From an uncultured Fibrobacterota bacterium (GTDB taxonomy: Bacteria; Fibrobacterota; Chitinivibrionia; Chitinivibrionales; FEN-1185), in NCBI GenBank assembly GCA_963729895.1, contig CAVSQB010000019.1:128001-192000 (forward strand): DNA of 64,000 bases, given 5' to 3'. The notes beneath the pieces are model-generated. The model was not told the DNA's origin, did not search any database, and was given only the letters and a program-made list of their open reading frames with translations. Position 1 is the stretch's first letter, and each line of letters begins with the position of its first letter. A program made the translations under genes and the position numbers. This document shows, in pieces, positions 1 to 8,930 of the stretch.

Positions 1-58
1 CGTGATACGCGATCTGTTGCCCTAGGTCATTTGAGCCGATTATCGCAAGCCGCTTCAT
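1..58 (-). CDS. N-terminus of PglD/NeuD-like sugar acetyltransferase (runs off window)
   Basis: Manual translation MKRLAIIGSNDLGQQIAYH from ATG at 58; follows wbqC. Confidence 0.55.
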   Translation of the reverse strand, partial: MKRLAIIGSNDLGQQIAYH

Positions 59-163
59 GTCAGCCTTGTCGTCTAATATGGGCGAGGACAATTGTGATTA
101 TTTTCGTGAGAACATTTTCTAATTGGGTTCTACAGAAATCGATCTAGAATCTTTGAAATTGAT

Positions 164-919
164 TCAAGCCGGGTCCAAATCATGACTCTTAAGAAACTTA
201 CGCCAATCCATAGTTGACGATTTCAAGTAATTGATGCTATTCGGCCCAGCGTTAAATAACAAATCCAATATGCTTACAAACGGATTAAATGGCAGCCAAA
301 GTTGTGGGTATTCGTCTAAATTATAATCCATATATCTTATTTCAATCCCGTTTTTATCAAAGAGTTCGTGATCGATGTAGTTTCGAGCGCCCCAACCGGT
401 AATATAATGAGTTGCAGAAAAATACTCGCAGATTGCCAATACTCTTTCACTTTTTCTTAGTTGAGTGTTAATACCAAGGTCCGAGGAGAGAAAAAATGGC
501 CTCTTGATTTTTAGGTAGTCTAGTATACAGTTAATCGTGTTTATATTAAATTCAGAGAGGAAATTAGTAGTAAATGAATAGATTTTCTCGATGAGCTGTG
601 ACCAAACTTCCTGGAAAAAGGGAGCTGTCCGGTAATTCATTTGCAAGCTTCCGATATGGCTTTCCCGCCATTCATTGTTAGCAAACTTAGCATCTCTGAT
701 TAATAAGTATCCCCCTTTTGATCTGTCAATAGGTATACTTAACCACTTCCAGCCATTTGGAGTCTTGAGCTGAACACGAGTTTCAAAACTTCTTCCCTTG
801 CCACCACCCTTAGGCAACTGAACATCGTCATAATAGACAAAAATGTCAGACAACCTTAGTTGTTCAATAATGCCTTTCCATGGGATATACATAGGCTGTG
901 TTATTACGAGTGAATTCAT
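164..919 (-). CDS. WbqC-like family protein
   Basis: ITQPMYIPWKG, DIFVYYDDVQ, YPQLWLPFNPFVSILDLLFN motifs; AT-rich; start at MNSLV right after rmlC fragment stop. Confidence 0.85.
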   Translation of the reverse strand: MNSLVITQPMYIPWKGIIEQLRLSDIFVYYDDVQLPKGGGKGRSFETRVQLKTPNGWKWLSIPIDRSKGGYLLIRDAKFANNEWRESHIGSLQMNYRTAPFFQEVWSQLIEKIYSFTTNFLSEFNINTINCILDYLKIKRPFFLSSDLGINTQLRKSERVLAICEYFSATHYITGWGARNYIDHELFDKNGIEIRYMDYNLDEYPQLWLPFNPFVSILDLLFNAGPNSINYLKSSTMDWRKFLKSHDLDPA

Positions 920-920
920 A

Positions 921-1133
921 TTAGGTCCCATCGCTTTTCGAAATGCTGGTGATTCTTGCCGGCCCTGCAATCTTCACATCCTCATCGTCCCACCTCATCC
1001 CCCTCGCGCTTTCCGGATGATAATATTCCCCCATCATATAAAACACCTCGCAATCATCCTCAAGCGTCCGGAACCCGTGCGCGAACCCCTTGGGCACATA
1101 GAGCATGGCATGTTTTTCTGCAGACAGTTCCGG
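921..1133 (-). pseudogene. rmlC/rfbC 3' fragment (copy abutting wbqC)
   Basis: PELSAEKHAMLYVPKGFAHGFRTLEDDCEVFYMMGEYYHPESARGMRWDD matches C-terminal part of 4059..4574; no N-terminal part. Confidence 0.85.
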
Positions 1134-1197
1134 CGGCGTGGTATTTCTCAAAGTCGGTCGAATCCGTGACGCCGGCGACAAGGATAGCTGGTCCGTT

Positions 1198-1536
1198 TCA
1201 GGAAGCACGAATCAATTGGACTGCTGAACGAAATACGGGCAGATCTTTTTGTATTATCAGCCAGAGCAATTCAAGGTCTATACCGAAGTATCCGTGGATT
1301 ATCCGATGTCTCAAGCCAATGATCTTTTTCCACTCAATGTTTTCGTGCTGCAAGCGAAAATCCTCGGGCAGCCTGGCCGCTGCCTCGCCAATGATCTCGA
1401 AATTTCGCGCCACTGCGTCCACGGTCTTGCCATCGGAGGCAAACGTCTCCTTGGTCATGCCTGCGACATAACGATCAATCTTGATGAGTGCGTCCCAGAT
1501 ATCTTCAATGAGCAGATCCACCGGTCTCTTAGACAT
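1198..1536 (-). CDS. HepT-like HEPN RNase toxin (DUF86)
   Basis: DAVARNFEIIGEAA and RHRIIHGY (RX4HXY); overlaps upstream MNT. Confidence 0.9.
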   Translation of the reverse strand: MSKRPVDLLIEDIWDALIKIDRYVAGMTKETFASDGKTVDAVARNFEIIGEAAARLPEDFRLQHENIEWKKIIGLRHRIIHGYFGIDLELLWLIIQKDLPVFRSAVQLIRAS

Positions 1537-1822
1537 ACACAAGATCCTGCTGGATGACCGCCAATGCTCTGGGTTGAAGAGCTCTTTTTGATACCAGGTC
1601 CACCGGTAAACCGAGTCCCTGTTCTATCTCTTCCGCAAGGGTGATAAATTCAAGGCCAATGGACGCGTCGACTTCCACCAGTATATCCACGTCACTATCA
1701 TCATCATTATCGCCACGGGCAAAAGATCCGAAAAGGCCCATGGATTTCACCTTATACCGGCTGAAGAGCCGTGATTTTAGTGACTCAAGCTCGCGTAGAA
1801 CTTCGCTGCGTGTGTGTTTCAT
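1529..1822 (-). CDS. MntA-like minimal nucleotidyltransferase antitoxin
   Basis: LFGSFARGDNDDDSDVDILVE (GSX10DXD), VDLV. Confidence 0.9.
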   Translation of the reverse strand: MKHTRSEVLRELESLKSRLFSRYKVKSMGLFGSFARGDNDDDSDVDILVEVDASIGLEFITLAEEIEQGLGLPVDLVSKRALQPRALAVIQQDLVYV

Positions 1823-1892
1823 GGGACGCCTCTCAGCTTCGTAAAATACAATTCGGTTCGTTCCTTAGGCGGCTTCCAATCCGGTTGTTTGC

Positions 1893-2103
1893 TTAGCCCT
1901 CATCGCTTCTCGAAATGCTGGTGATTTTCACCGGCCACTCAATCCCAACCTCCTCGTCATCCCACCTTATGCCCCTCGCGCTTTCCGGATGATAATATTC
2001 CCCCATCATATAAAACACCTCGCAATCATCCTCAAGCGTCCGGAACCCGTGCGCGAACCCCTTGGGCACGCAGAGCATGCTATGGTTCTTTGCAGTCAAT
2101 TCG
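1893..2103 (-). pseudogene. rmlC/rfbC 3' fragment
   Basis: ELTAKNHSMLCVPKGFAHGFRTLEDDCEVFYMMGEYYHPESARGIRWDD; starts at the same codon as 921..1133. Confidence 0.85.
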
Positions 2104-2177
2104 GGGGTGACCTATTTCTTGCTGCCCAGGGCTCACGTGGGTTCGTCGCGGAGACACAAGAGCAATTGGAAATGCAA

Positions 2178-2654
2178 TTACTGTTGGGAAGTCAACGAAT
2201 CGCAAAAATGCCGTATGTCTTTTGAAAATCGATCTAGAAGGTCCGGCAGATTGTTGTCAAGCGATTGAATTCGTTCCTTGTCCAGCTCAAACCCGTAGGC
2301 GTTCCTGAACACGTGCCTGAACGCCAGGTACGGAAGCAGCGCGTCATGGGTGGAATCCGAAATCACCGGCGGACGGTCGGCGACTTTAATATGTGCATTA
2401 GCCAGCAATTGTTTATGCCAGCTTTCACTCTTGGGCAATCCCCCGTCGATTTCTTCACTGACGATCTTGAGTATTCTTTCAACGCCGCCGTAGAAATCGG
2501 CGATATACGAAGAAAGCGCCCGGACAAGATGTGAATCTAAAACCGCATATTTCTTTTGGAAGCTTTGTTTCTCATGGTAGACCTTCTCAAGGTTCAGAAG
2601 CTCGGCATTCAGTTCAGCTGCTATTCTCTCAAGAAACTGTTGCTCTCTACCCAT
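2178..2654 (-). CDS. HEPN-domain (HepT-like) toxin
   Basis: FYGGVERIL, WHKQLL, YLAFRHVFRNAYGFELD; coupled to upstream MNT. Confidence 0.8.
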   Translation of the reverse strand: MGREQQFLERIAAELNAELLNLEKVYHEKQSFQKKYAVLDSHLVRALSSYIADFYGGVERILKIVSEEIDGGLPKSESWHKQLLANAHIKVADRPPVISDSTHDALLPYLAFRHVFRNAYGFELDKERIQSLDNNLPDLLDRFSKDIRHFCDSLTSQQ

Positions 2655-2973
2655 AGAGCACCTCTCCATGGCTTATCTTGTTCTTCATTCGCGGCGTTGC
2701 TTTTTCAACAGGTACCAGGTCCACCTCGAAATCATCAGCGCATTCCAGAAGCTTGCCGAGGGCAGGAAAGTACCTATCACTTTCAAGCCCTTCTACGGCG
2801 ATATCGATATCGGAATGCAGATCGAAACGCTCCGCGTCCGTCAGCGAGCCGATAAGAATTACCCGCCTGGCCTGATATTCTCTTACAAGAATATCCGTCA
2901 ACCGCAATGCGGCTTTTCTGGCCATTGCGTATCTGTTTTGCCGGAGCAGTTCTCTTCTACGGAATCCTATCAT
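2647..2973 (-). CDS. Minimal nucleotidyltransferase antitoxin
   Basis: LIGSLTDAERFDLHSDIDIAVEGL, VDLV; GAGG RBS before ATG 2973. Confidence 0.85.
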   Translation of the reverse strand: MIGFRRRELLRQNRYAMARKAALRLTDILVREYQARRVILIGSLTDAERFDLHSDIDIAVEGLESDRYFPALGKLLECADDFEVDLVPVEKATPRMKNKISHGEVLYG

Positions 2974-3059
2974 GTTGATTTCCTCTTGCGTTGGAAACAT
3001 GAAGCCGTGCTCTGAACGTACTTAAGAACGGTACGGCACACCTGTAAGATACTTCCTCC

Positions 3060-3110
3060 CTGCCGGGCCTTTTTCAAGAGCAGCATTGAAAAATCGATGT
3101 TATTTTTCAT
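3060..3110 (-). pseudogene. Truncated HEPN toxin N-terminus
   Basis: MKNNIDFSMLLLKKARQ starts overlapping the MNT stop (ATGAAAAATAA), then loses resemblance. Confidence 0.45.
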
Positions 3111-3414
3111 AAAGAATTTTCCCTTCCCGCAAGACATTGTTGATGAGCGTCCCGGAAACTTCGCCCCATTCTCGCACTGCTTTCTCGGTATGTACGACAA
3201 TATCCACGGGAATACGCAAGGGGGAAAGCGCGCGTCTGAGCCTGGTTATCTCGGCGCGCTTGTCGGAAAGCGAATCTTCCACGACACAAAGATCTATATC
3301 GCTCTCCTCGCCCGCGTTTCCCTGAGCATAGGAACCGAACAGGATAACGGAGTTCGGATGCGCGATCCCCACCACAATGTCTACGGCCCGGTTGATTGTT
3401 TCCATCGAAATCAT
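3100..3414 (-). CDS. Minimal nucleotidyltransferase (orphan antitoxin)
   Basis: VILFGSYAQGNAGEESDIDLCVV, PVDIVV, REGKILYE. Confidence 0.9.
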   Translation of the reverse strand: MISMETINRAVDIVVGIAHPNSVILFGSYAQGNAGEESDIDLCVVEDSLSDKRAEITRLRRALSPLRIPVDIVVHTEKAVREWGEVSGTLINNVLREGKILYEK

Positions 3415-3423
3415 GAGAGTCTT

Positions 3424-3609
3424 TCAATCCATGTTGAAAGTAAGAAGTGCGTCCCAGATATCTTCAATGAGCAGGTCGGCCGGTCTCTTAGACATAGGAT
3501 TTCGGTGCGTGTGCGTTTCATAAGACGGTTCTCCTAAAATACAACGCGGTTCATTCTTTGGGCGGTCGCAATTGTCCTCCAGCGTCCGGAACCCGTGTGC
3601 GAAGCCTTT
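3424..3609 (-). pseudogene. Eroded rmlC-promoter-MNT-DUF86 unit
   Basis: KGFAHGFRTLEDNC (rmlC), spacer homologous to ~1842-1872, MKRTRTEIL (cf. MKHTRSEVL) joined to MSKRPADLLIEDIWDAL (cf. MSKRPVDLLIEDIWDAL). Confidence 0.8.
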
Positions 3610-3705
3610 GTAAAGCGACGTATTTGCCTTCCCTTCGTGGAGGATCTCAGGCGGGCTTCTTGCCAACGATTTCCACGCAGTGTGTGGAGAATTCGTACGA
3701 AGGAA

Positions 3706-3951
3706 TCATACGGCGACCTGATAACTTCGTCCAACACGCCGCAATCCGGCAACTTTGGTCTTCCCCAGTTCTTTGCGAATTTCTTCGAATCTGATAATCT
3801 GGTCCCTCGAATAGAGGCGTTCGCCGCAATGGGTGCAGACTTCGGCCTTGACGCTCACTGTTGCGGTGTTGTTGCCGCCTCTGAGAAGCTTCTCGACTTC
3901 TTTGGAACGCATTTCACCACCGCAAATGGGGCACTGCTTAAAAGGCATCAT
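3706..3951 (-). CDS. YgiT-type zinc finger protein (MqsA-like N-terminal domain)
   Basis: CPICGG...AEVCTHCGERLY. Confidence 0.85.
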   Translation of the reverse strand: MMPFKQCPICGGEMRSKEVEKLLRGGNNTATVSVKAEVCTHCGERLYSRDQIIRFEEIRKELGKTKVAGLRRVGRSYQVAV

Positions 3952-4023
3952 GATTTCCTCTTGATTTTCCATTTAATCCATCTGGCCGGGTCGGGGCGAT
4001 ACACAGTTATGAGTACGGCCCAT
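3948..4023 (-). pseudogene. C-terminal remnant of DUF4258-like toxin
   Basis: WAVLITVYRPDPARWIKWKIKRKS*; stop overlaps the YgiT start (ATGA). Confidence 0.7.
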
Positions 4024-4058
4024 CACTGCTGACCCTTCTTATGTATTTGAACCCACGC

Positions 4059-4574
4059 TCATTGGTCCGCATCGCTCTTCGAAATGCTGGTGATTTTTAT
4101 TGGCCACTCAATTCCCACCTGATCATCGTCCCACCTCATCCCCCTCGCGCTTTCCGGATGATAATACTCACCCATCATGTAAAATACCTCGCAATCGTCC
4201 TCAAGCGTCTGGAACCCGTGTGCGAAGCCTTTAGGAACGTAGAGCATGCTATGGTTCTTTGCAGTCAGTTCGGCGCCGTACCATTTTTTATAGGTGGGCG
4301 AATTTGGCCGTATGTCCACGATCACGTCGAAAATCGATCCGCGAACGCAGGAGACTATCTTTGCTTCCTCGTGCGGGGCCGCCTGGTAGTGCATGCCGCG
4401 CAAGGTGCCTTTTTTCCCGTTGTACGACAGGTTGCACTGGACGCAGGAGAAATCGATGCCCTGCTTCTTAAACTCGTCCTTGCAGAACATGCGCGCAAAG
4501 AAGCCTCGTTCGTCCTCTATGGGTTCGGGCTGTATCAGGTACGCGCCGTTGAGCGATGTTGGTATAAATATCAT
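4059..4574 (-). CDS. rfbC: dTDP-4-dehydrorhamnose 3,5-epimerase family
   Basis: DERGFFAR, GTLRGMHYQ, VPKGFAHGFQTL. Confidence 0.92.
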   Translation of the reverse strand: MIFIPTSLNGAYLIQPEPIEDERGFFARMFCKDEFKKQGIDFSCVQCNLSYNGKKGTLRGMHYQAAPHEEAKIVSCVRGSIFDVIVDIRPNSPTYKKWYGAELTAKNHSMLYVPKGFAHGFQTLEDDCEVFYMMGEYYHPESARGMRWDDDQVGIEWPIKITSISKSDADQ

Positions 4575-4648
4575 AGGCAAACAAACCGCAAGCATTCTTG
4601 TATCGTTATTTTCTGAGTGCGGCTGAAGCCTGCGGCGAGCGGAGGTCT

Positions 4649-4999
4649 TCAATCTTCAGCAAGGGATTGCAGCACTATCTTGATTCTTACTTTTGTTTCG
4701 GGCAAGTTCTTGTTGATGATGTCCCAGAGAATTTCCGTATCTATGCCGAAGTACGCGTGTATGATTCTGTTCCGCAATGCCGTCATTTGTTTCCAGGATA
4801 TTTCGGGATTGTCGCTTTGTACCTTTTCCGGAACATTTCTTGCCGCCTCACCGATTATTTCAAGATTTCTTATGACCGCGTCTGCAACCATTCGGTTTTT
4901 TGCGAACGACTCTCCGCTTAACCCGGACGTATACCCTTCAATGGTTTCTATTGCCTCCACAATGTCTTCTAGATATTGTCTTCCGGATCGCGCGCTCAT
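4649..4999 (-). CDS. HepT-like HEPN toxin (DUF86)
   Basis: DAVIRNLEIIGEAA, RNRIIHAY. Confidence 0.9.
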   Translation of the reverse strand: MSARSGRQYLEDIVEAIETIEGYTSGLSGESFAKNRMVADAVIRNLEIIGEAARNVPEKVQSDNPEISWKQMTALRNRIIHAYFGIDTEILWDIINKNLPETKVRIKIVLQSLAED

Positions 5000-5286
5000 T
5001 GGAACACGACCTCTTTTAGGACCTTGTCTTTCATTCTCGGTTTTAATCCCAGGGGGGTAACCAAATCCACTTTAGTCCCGAGTTTTTGCTCCAAAAAGTC
5101 CTGAAGGTCAAAGAAATCCCATCCGATGCTTCTTTCAAACTCCACCAATATATCAACATCGCTGTTTATCGTTTCTTCGTTGCGGACGAAGGAACCAAAA
5201 AGCCCTATCTTCTTTACGCCATATTTCTGTTTGAGATAGAGCATATTTTCACTGATTATATTCTCTATTTCCTGTCTCTTAAGCAT
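4996..5286 (-). CDS. MntA-like nucleotidyltransferase antitoxin
   Basis: IGLFGSFVRNEETINSDVDILVEF; ATGA overlap with DUF86. Confidence 0.9.
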   Translation of the reverse strand: MLKRQEIENIISENMLYLKQKYGVKKIGLFGSFVRNEETINSDVDILVEFERSIGWDFFDLQDFLEQKLGTKVDLVTPLGLKPRMKDKVLKEVVFQ

Positions 5287-5432
5287 GCACACCACGCTTT
5301 CCTTTTCGGGGGCTCGTTTTCTGCGGATAGATCATGGTCCTAAAATACTCCAAACTCAACCTCGAAGCAAAAACGTGAAACCACGCCAATGTCGGGCCGC
5401 GCGTTCGCCGGCCGGAGATATCTTTGTAAACC

Positions 5433-6686
5433 TCATGGGGTTATCTCCAGCCGTGGCACGGCCACAACAAACTTGCCGCCCCATTCTTGTATGCAAGCCA
5501 TCTGGCCCATAATTTCCTTTTTTATATTCCAAGGCAGGACAAGAACAAAATCCGGTTTTGTCTCTCGAATTTTCTCCGGTGAATAAATAGGAATATGCGA
5601 TCCCGGCAGATACATGCCCTGCTTGTGAGGGTTTCTGTCAACGGTATAGCCTATCAAATCGGCCGTGATGCCACAGTAGTTCAGAAGTGTGTTTCCTTTT
5701 GCCGGGGCACCGTACCCTGCAACCTGTTTGCCTGAATCACGGGCTTCTGCCAACAAGTTGAGAAGGTTGGTTCTTGTTTTCTCAACGCTCTTTCTAAAGT
5801 CGGAATATATTTCACCTTTGTCAAGTCCGGCATCTTTTTCAGCCTTGCGCACCCGATCCGCCGTACCTGTCTTCCTGCACACTGCGGCTGCCTCATGCGC
5901 CGCATAAATTCTAAGAGAACCGCCGTGAGTCGGCAGTTCTTCCACGTCAAAAACAGAAAGCCCGAATTCACCAAAAAGCGGAACAAGCGGGATAAGGCCC
6001 AAATAGGAATAGTGCTCGTGATATATGGTGTCGAACTGGTTGTTTGTTATCATTTGCAAGAGGTGTGGAAACTCAAGCGTGATGACGCCTTCGGGTTTGA
6101 GGGCGATTGCCAGGGCTTCCACGAATTCGCGGAGATTGGGGTTGTGCGCTAGTACATTGTTGCCGACAATCAAATCCGCCTTGCGGCCCGACGCTGCAAG
6201 TGCGCGGGCATAGGGTATGTCGAAGAAGCAAATGTCTGTTGGAATCCCTTTTTCCAGGGCGGCGCGCGCGGTTGCCGCGGCCGGCTCTACGCCCAGAACC
6301 GGGATTCCTTTTGCTTTGAAGTATTGAAGCAGATAACCGTCGTTGCTCGCGATCTCCAGAACAAGGCTTGACCCGGCAAGAGCGAGCCTCGGTATGATCA
6401 TTTCCGCGTACTGTTTGCAATGGTCAAGCCACGACGTCGAATACGAGGAGAAGTAGGCGTAGTCCTCGTTGAAAATGTTTGCCGCTTTCTCGACTTCCGG
6501 CAATTGCACCAGGTGACATTGTTCGCAGTGGTAAACGTCAAGGGGATAGGTCGACTCCTCTTTGGAAAGGGCCTCACGCGCGAGATACGCATTCGACAGC
6601 GGCTGCTTGCCGAGCGATAGAAAAGGCGCGGGCAAAGGAGTCCGGCAGGCGCGGCAGTGAAGCTTTGGGGTTTTGTTGGATGACAT
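5433..6686 (-). CDS. NDP-hexose C-methyltransferase-like SAM-dependent methyltransferase
   Basis: N-terminal CRAC/CEQC zinc site, LEIASNDGYLL, FDTIYHEHYSY, GYGAPAKGNTLLNYCG. Confidence 0.9.
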   Translation of the reverse strand: MSSNKTPKLHCRACRTPLPAPFLSLGKQPLSNAYLAREALSKEESTYPLDVYHCEQCHLVQLPEVEKAANIFNEDYAYFSSYSTSWLDHCKQYAEMIIPRLALAGSSLVLEIASNDGYLLQYFKAKGIPVLGVEPAAATARAALEKGIPTDICFFDIPYARALAASGRKADLIVGNNVLAHNPNLREFVEALAIALKPEGVITLEFPHLLQMITNNQFDTIYHEHYSYLGLIPLVPLFGEFGLSVFDVEELPTHGGSLRIYAAHEAAAVCRKTGTADRVRKAEKDAGLDKGEIYSDFRKSVEKTRTNLLNLLAEARDSGKQVAGYGAPAKGNTLLNYCGITADLIGYTVDRNPHKQGMYLPGSHIPIYSPEKIRETKPDFVLVLPWNIKKEIMGQMACIQEWGGKFVVAVPRLEITP

Positions 6687-6770
6687 TTTGAAATTGAAAC
6701 CCAAAAGTCTATCCGCTTTTTGAAGAATTATTATTGACTACCACTGAGACCTGTTTTTTCTTCTCGACCT

Positions 6771-6983
6771 CATCAGCGCCGACCCTGAGGCCGAAGGATT
6801 TGGCCGCTCGCGTTGTTTGAGCCCGGCATCTTCTAACGTTTTTCGTTTTGTCTTGCCGGGCGAGTTCGTGAGCGGCCCGGCGGCCGAGGGATCAGGCGGC
6901 GCTGCGGGGCGGCGTTCTTTGCCTACTTTCTGTCGCTGCAGACAGAAAGTAGGTCGTCGCGCGGGGGCGAAACCCCGCAGTAC
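6771..6983. repeat. ~210-bp structured repeat R1, copy 1
   Basis: Homologous to 20214..20423; nested inverted repeats with a compensatory change. Confidence 0.8.
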
Positions 6984-6992
6984 GGTTGTGCG

Positions 6993-8096
6993 CTAGGCCG
7001 CAGGCGGATTTCGTTTGATTGCTTTCTTTGGGTCTATTCTATTCTCAAAGGATTTGATCCTCTTTATCCTGTCCCTAAAAACCTCATCTCCATGGGCATA
7101 TTCCATTATCCTGTATTCTTCAACGGTATTTCTTATCGCTTCCTTGAATGCAAAGACCCGTTTCCACCCAAGCGACTGCATCGCTTTCGTACTGTTCAAT
7201 TGCAAATGCTTTGCTTCTTTCGGTCTTGGTTTTCCGGGATCAAGAAACGTAACGGTTCCTTTTCCCCATGCGGCAACAAGCTCGTTGACAAGTTCCTCAA
7301 CCGTGCGGCTCTGGCCGGGTGACGATCCGAAGTTCCAGGCGCCGGAAAAATCATGTCCGTGTTTGAACAAGGATGTGCCAAGGAGCAGGTAGCCGTACAG
7401 CGGTTCAAGAACATGCTGCCATGGCCGCACCGACTGCGGATTTCTTATCAAAATTGGTTTGCCCTTTGTAAGCGCCCGGATACAATCCGGCACAATGCGG
7501 TACTGCGCAAAATCGCCGCCGCCGATAACATTTCCCGCGCGCGCGGACGCCGCGGCCGCGCGAGATTTTTCCGCAAAGAAAGACCGCGAATACGACTGCG
7601 TTACCATTTCCGCCGCCGCCTTTGAGCCGCTGTACGGATCATGACCGCCAAGAGGGTCATGCTCTCTAAAAGGCGAACCCTCTTCCAGGTTTTCGTACAC
7701 CTTGTCCGTCGTAATCACCACCGCGGCTTCAATTGATTTACAAGCACGAACCGCCTCCAGAAAATGTACCGTTCCCATCACGTTTACGTCGAATGTTTCG
7801 ACCGGATTCCTGTAGGATTCCAGGACAAGCGGCTGCGCGGCAAGATGGAAGGCAAGGTCGGGCTTCGTGCTCCGCATGAGTTTTTCGAGCCCGGCCGCAT
7901 CCCGTACGTCGCCGTTCACATGCTTGATTTTTTTCGCCAGGCCGCAGGCGTCGAAATGCTCGCCTTTCTTTGGAGGAAGGGCATAGCCGATAACACGGGC
8001 GCCAAGGGTCAGGAGCCACAGGCAAAGCCACGACCCTTTGAATCCCGTGTCGCCGGTCACAAATACGGTTTTCCCTTTGTAAAACTTTAGCGCCAT
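6993..8096 (-). CDS. rfbG: CDP-glucose 4,6-dehydratase
   Basis: VTGDTGFKGSWL, HLAAQPLV, DPYSGSK, RPWQHVLEPL. Confidence 0.93.
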   Translation of the reverse strand: MALKFYKGKTVFVTGDTGFKGSWLCLWLLTLGARVIGYALPPKKGEHFDACGLAKKIKHVNGDVRDAAGLEKLMRSTKPDLAFHLAAQPLVLESYRNPVETFDVNVMGTVHFLEAVRACKSIEAAVVITTDKVYENLEEGSPFREHDPLGGHDPYSGSKAAAEMVTQSYSRSFFAEKSRAAAASARAGNVIGGGDFAQYRIVPDCIRALTKGKPILIRNPQSVRPWQHVLEPLYGYLLLGTSLFKHGHDFSGAWNFGSSPGQSRTVEELVNELVAAWGKGTVTFLDPGKPRPKEAKHLQLNSTKAMQSLGWKRVFAFKEAIRNTVEEYRIMEYAHGDEVFRDRIKRIKSFENRIDPKKAIKRNPPAA

Positions 8097-8863
8097 ACTT
8101 TCCAAAAAGCCTTGCCCGTGTTCCACAGGTTGTTCAGGTAATCCGTGTCGCGCAAGGTGTCCATGCAGGCCCACTGGCCGGTATGTTTCCAAACCATCAG
8201 TTCGCCTTGACGCGCGAGAGTCTCGAAGGTCCCGCTTTCGAGGTCGCAGTCTTCGCATTCGGTGAGGCGTTCGAAAATCCGGCGGTTGAGTACCATATAC
8301 CCGCCGTTGATGAATCCCGGCACGTCGTCGGGCTTTTCGCTGAAACGGGTCACCTTGTCGCCGTCGATCTTCAATTCGCCGAAACGGGAGGCAATGCTCA
8401 CACCGGTGAGCGTGGCGATTTTGCCGTGCTTCTTGTGGAATTCAACGAGCGCCTTGATGTCAACATCCCCGAGTCCGTCGCCATACGTCAAGCAAAAATC
8501 ATCGTCGGGTATGTATTTCTCAACCTGCTTCAGACGGCCGCCCTTGAGCGTCTTTTCGCCCGTATCCGCCAGCGTGATACGCCAACCATCCTCGTGATGA
8601 GCCGAGTGGATCGTGGAGGAACGGGTCCCAAGTTCGATCGTAAAGTCATTGTTCAGATATTCGTAATTGTAAAAGTACTCCTTTATCATTTTGCCCTTGT
8701 ACCCGAGCGCGAGCACAAAATCCTTTATCCCATGATGTGCGTATGTTTTCATGATGTGCCAGAGTATGGGCTGCGCACCTATGTCCACCATGGGCTTGGA
8801 TCTGAATTCGGTTTCTTCACGCAAACGCGTGCCCAAACCACCGCAGAGAATGACCACTTTCAT
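8087..8863 (-). CDS. rfbF: Glucose-1-phosphate cytidylyltransferase
   Basis: ILCGGLGTRLREET, LTYGDG, WACMDTLRD. Confidence 0.95.
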   Translation of the reverse strand: MKVVILCGGLGTRLREETEFRSKPMVDIGAQPILWHIMKTYAHHGIKDFVLALGYKGKMIKEYFYNYEYLNNDFTIELGTRSSTIHSAHHEDGWRITLADTGEKTLKGGRLKQVEKYIPDDDFCLTYGDGLGDVDIKALVEFHKKHGKIATLTGVSIASRFGELKIDGDKVTRFSEKPDDVPGFINGGYMVLNRRIFERLTECEDCDLESGTFETLARQGELMVWKHTGQWACMDTLRDTDYLNNLWNTGKAFWKVWR

Positions 8864-8930
8864 ACCCGTTTCCTTTTTATCGGATGTTTTTTAGAACCGA
8901 AGTTCCGCAGAATACATTGCCCTTTCAGAC

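Noticed and set aside
921..4574. Diversity-generating retroelement (rmlC copies as TR/VR)
   Set aside because: No reverse transcriptase in the window; differences are not adenine-specific
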